From NCBI RefSeq assembly GCF_035285525.1, contig NZ_JAYKGW010000093.1, positions 1 to 6,022 of the forward strand: a stretch of DNA of 6,022 nucleotides. Direction: 5' to 3'. The notes below the pieces were generated by a model. It was given only the letters and a program-made list of their open reading frames with translations. It was not told the origin of the DNA and made no database searches. This document shows positions 4,845-6,022 of the stretch, piece after piece. Origin of the DNA: Okeania sp. Its GTDB lineage: Bacteria; Cyanobacteriota; Cyanobacteriia; Cyanobacteriales; Microcoleaceae. Positions within the stretch are counted from its first letter, which is position 1. Each line of letters opens with the position of its first letter. The position numbers and the translations under genes are program-made.

Positions 4845-5852
4845 ATGGATATAAATAAAAGTAGAATTACTCAAACTAAAAATAATTCTCGGACAAGCAA
4901 TCATAAGATTGTCTCCAAATTATTTACAGATGTAGATACTTTCAAAGAATTTGTTGCCTATCGACGGTACGAAATAATACAACTCACTCCTGGTTCTCTT
5001 CAAGCTCGTTTTTTGTCAATTCAACTTGGTGATATATACTTCACATATACTCAGACAAATCAAGGGACTCAAGTTTTTGGTGATAAGTTGAAAGAATACT
5101 GCAATTTTTCCATAGTCTGGTTTGAGAATGAAGGGGAAGTTCATGCCTTGCGTCACCATATCGATCCTCAAAGAACTCTTTTTGCTTTCAATGAAAAGGA
5201 AACTGATTTCATAAGTTCTCAAGGTGGAGTGATGACAGAAATTTGTATTCCTTTGAAAACTTTTCATACTTATGCAGACAAACTACAACGCCACGATCTA
5301 GATGATAATTTCCGGAGTAAAAACCATGTTAATTTGTTCCCAACTGAGATGAAAGAAATTAAAAATTACCTGAAACAACTATTTTGGTTAGCAATACACG
5401 AACCCCATTGGTTGCAAAGACCTGATGTTGAAACACTTGTTACTAATGATTTTGTTCCTTTGTTGATTAGTAAGATTCCTATTAAGTTAAATTCCAAGGT
5501 TTTCCTCAAACCTTCTCGAAGAGCAAAGTTGATTGCCCAAGCAGAGAAAAAAATGTTAGCGCACTTAGAACAACCGCTAACATTGAAACAGCTAGCTGAA
5601 AATTTAGAATCTAGCAGTTCTGCTTTATCCTATGGTTTTCAAGACTTATTTGGCATGAGTCCAATACGCTATCTGAAAGTGCGACGACTCAATGCAGTGC
5701 GACAACACCTGAAGGCAAGCGATCCAGAGAGTTGTGTGATAGTTACCACCGCCAGTCAATTTGGGTTCTACAATGCCAGCCATTTTGCTAAAGATTATAA
5801 AGCCATGTTTGGGGAGTTGCCTTCAGAGACGTTGGGAAAGAAAGTACGGTAG
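4845..5852 (+). CDS. AraC/XylS-family transcriptional regulator with an EutR-like architecture (N-terminal sensing domain plus C-terminal double HTH)
   Basis: The C-terminal part is LTLKQLAENLESSSSALSYGFQDLFGMSPIRYLKVRRLNAVRQHLKA...ASQFGFYNASHFAKDYKAMFGELPSETL, a canonical AraC HTH pair. The N-terminal block YEIIQLTPGSLQARFLSIQLGDIYF resembles the WQQIYDQLHPGKFHGEF..LDDIQVF block of E. coli EutR, as I recall it. The track ORF starts at a TTG (4806). I prefer the first ATG (4845, MDINKSR...), but no clear SD supports either start. Confidence 0.88.
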   Translation: MDINKSRITQTKNNSRTSNHKIVSKLFTDVDTFKEFVAYRRYEIIQLTPGSLQARFLSIQLGDIYFTYTQTNQGTQVFGDKLKEYCNFSIVWFENEGEVHALRHHIDPQRTLFAFNEKETDFISSQGGVMTEICIPLKTFHTYADKLQRHDLDDNFRSKNHVNLFPTEMKEIKNYLKQLFWLAIHEPHWLQRPDVETLVTNDFVPLLISKIPIKLNSKVFLKPSRRAKLIAQAEKKMLAHLEQPLTLKQLAENLESSSSALSYGFQDLFGMSPIRYLKVRRLNAVRQHLKASDPESCVIVTTASQFGFYNASHFAKDYKAMFGELPSETLGKKVR

Positions 5853-5994
5853 GGGCGGGTTTCATCAGATATTTTATGGCTTGATATCAGATTTGGCTAA
5901 ACCCGCCCTCTTATCTACAACGTCAAAATCTATGGGGGCGGGTTTTTTTCATGTTATCAACCTTTCCTAAGGTAACATGGAAACCCGCCCCTAC
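5849..5994. repeat. Four-arm array of GC-rich palindromic repeats (GGGGCGGGTTT / AAACCCGCCCC) bounded by a perfect 15-nt inverted repeat
   Basis: Arm 1 is GTAGGGGCGGGTTTC (5849-5863). Arm 2 is AAACCCGCCC (5899-5908). Arm 3 is GGGGCGGGTTT plus further Ts (5935-5949). Arm 4 is GAAACCCGCCCCTAC (5980-5994). Arms 1 and 4 are exact reverse complements. An inner pair is CATGTTA (5950-5956) with TAACATG (5973-5979). The AraC stop codon TAG (5850-5852) lies inside arm 1. Confidence 0.8.
5899..5949 (+). terminator. Candidate intrinsic terminator for the AraC gene (arm 2 pairs with arm 3, followed by a T-run)
   Basis: AAACCCGCCC (5899-5908) pairs with GGGCGGGTTT (5936-5945), and the stem is extendable to 12 bp with a G:U. 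The loop is about 23-27 nt. The T7 run at 5943-5949 leaves UUUU after the stem. The loop is large for a classical terminator, and the alternative 1:2 and 3:4 pairings compete. Confidence 0.35.
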
Positions 5995-6022
5995 TGTTTT
6001 AATTAATAATGAATAATTGATA

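Noticed and set aside
5761-5970. 69-aa plus-strand ORF overlapping the AraC 3' end and the GC-rich repeats; also 5016-5267(-)
   Set aside because: It overlaps the well-supported AraC frame and runs through palindromic repeat arms. Its translation (GRGGFHQ...GAGFFH) is just the repeats read in frame.

Overview
The window looks like chromosomal DNA from a filamentous, Nostocales-type cyanobacterium. Moderate-GC genes are separated by long, very AT-rich, ORF-free spacers. There is one HIP1 octamer (GCGATCGC) and several copies of small dispersed palindromic repeats (GTAGGTTGGGTT...AACCCAACCTAC, GGGGCGGGTTT...AAACCCGCCCC, TGCGTAAGTCCTG). Four protein genes are supportable. (1) The 5' part of a His-rich cation diffusion facilitator (CDF) metal exporter lies on the minus strand and runs off the left edge. 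(2, 3) A co-directional minus-strand pair encodes a secreted arylsulfatase-family enzyme (CTAGR formylglycine motif) followed by a formylglycine-generating enzyme (FGE/SUMF1 family) with both catalytic cysteines. (4) A divergently transcribed AraC-family regulator has an EutR-like architecture. Functionally this is a recognisable sulfatase, maturase and regulator cassette, not an obviously new system. I cannot point to a clearly novel protein machine here. The points worth a second look are mostly non-coding. An FGE with an apparent export signal would imply periplasmic maturation. The sulfatase carries an apparent insertion with a fresh in-frame 15-bp tandem duplication. A 111-bp palindromic element sits between sulfatase and FGE. 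Two tandem 45-nt repeats and a ~100-nt perfect-stem hairpin element lie downstream of FGE. About 940 bp and about 620 bp of ORF-free AT-rich DNA flank the cassette. Two short upstream ORFs precede the AraC gene, one of them stop/start-overlapped (TGATG) with it. A four-arm GC-rich repeat array begins inside the AraC stop codon. All homology statements come from motif recognition by eye and no database search was possible.
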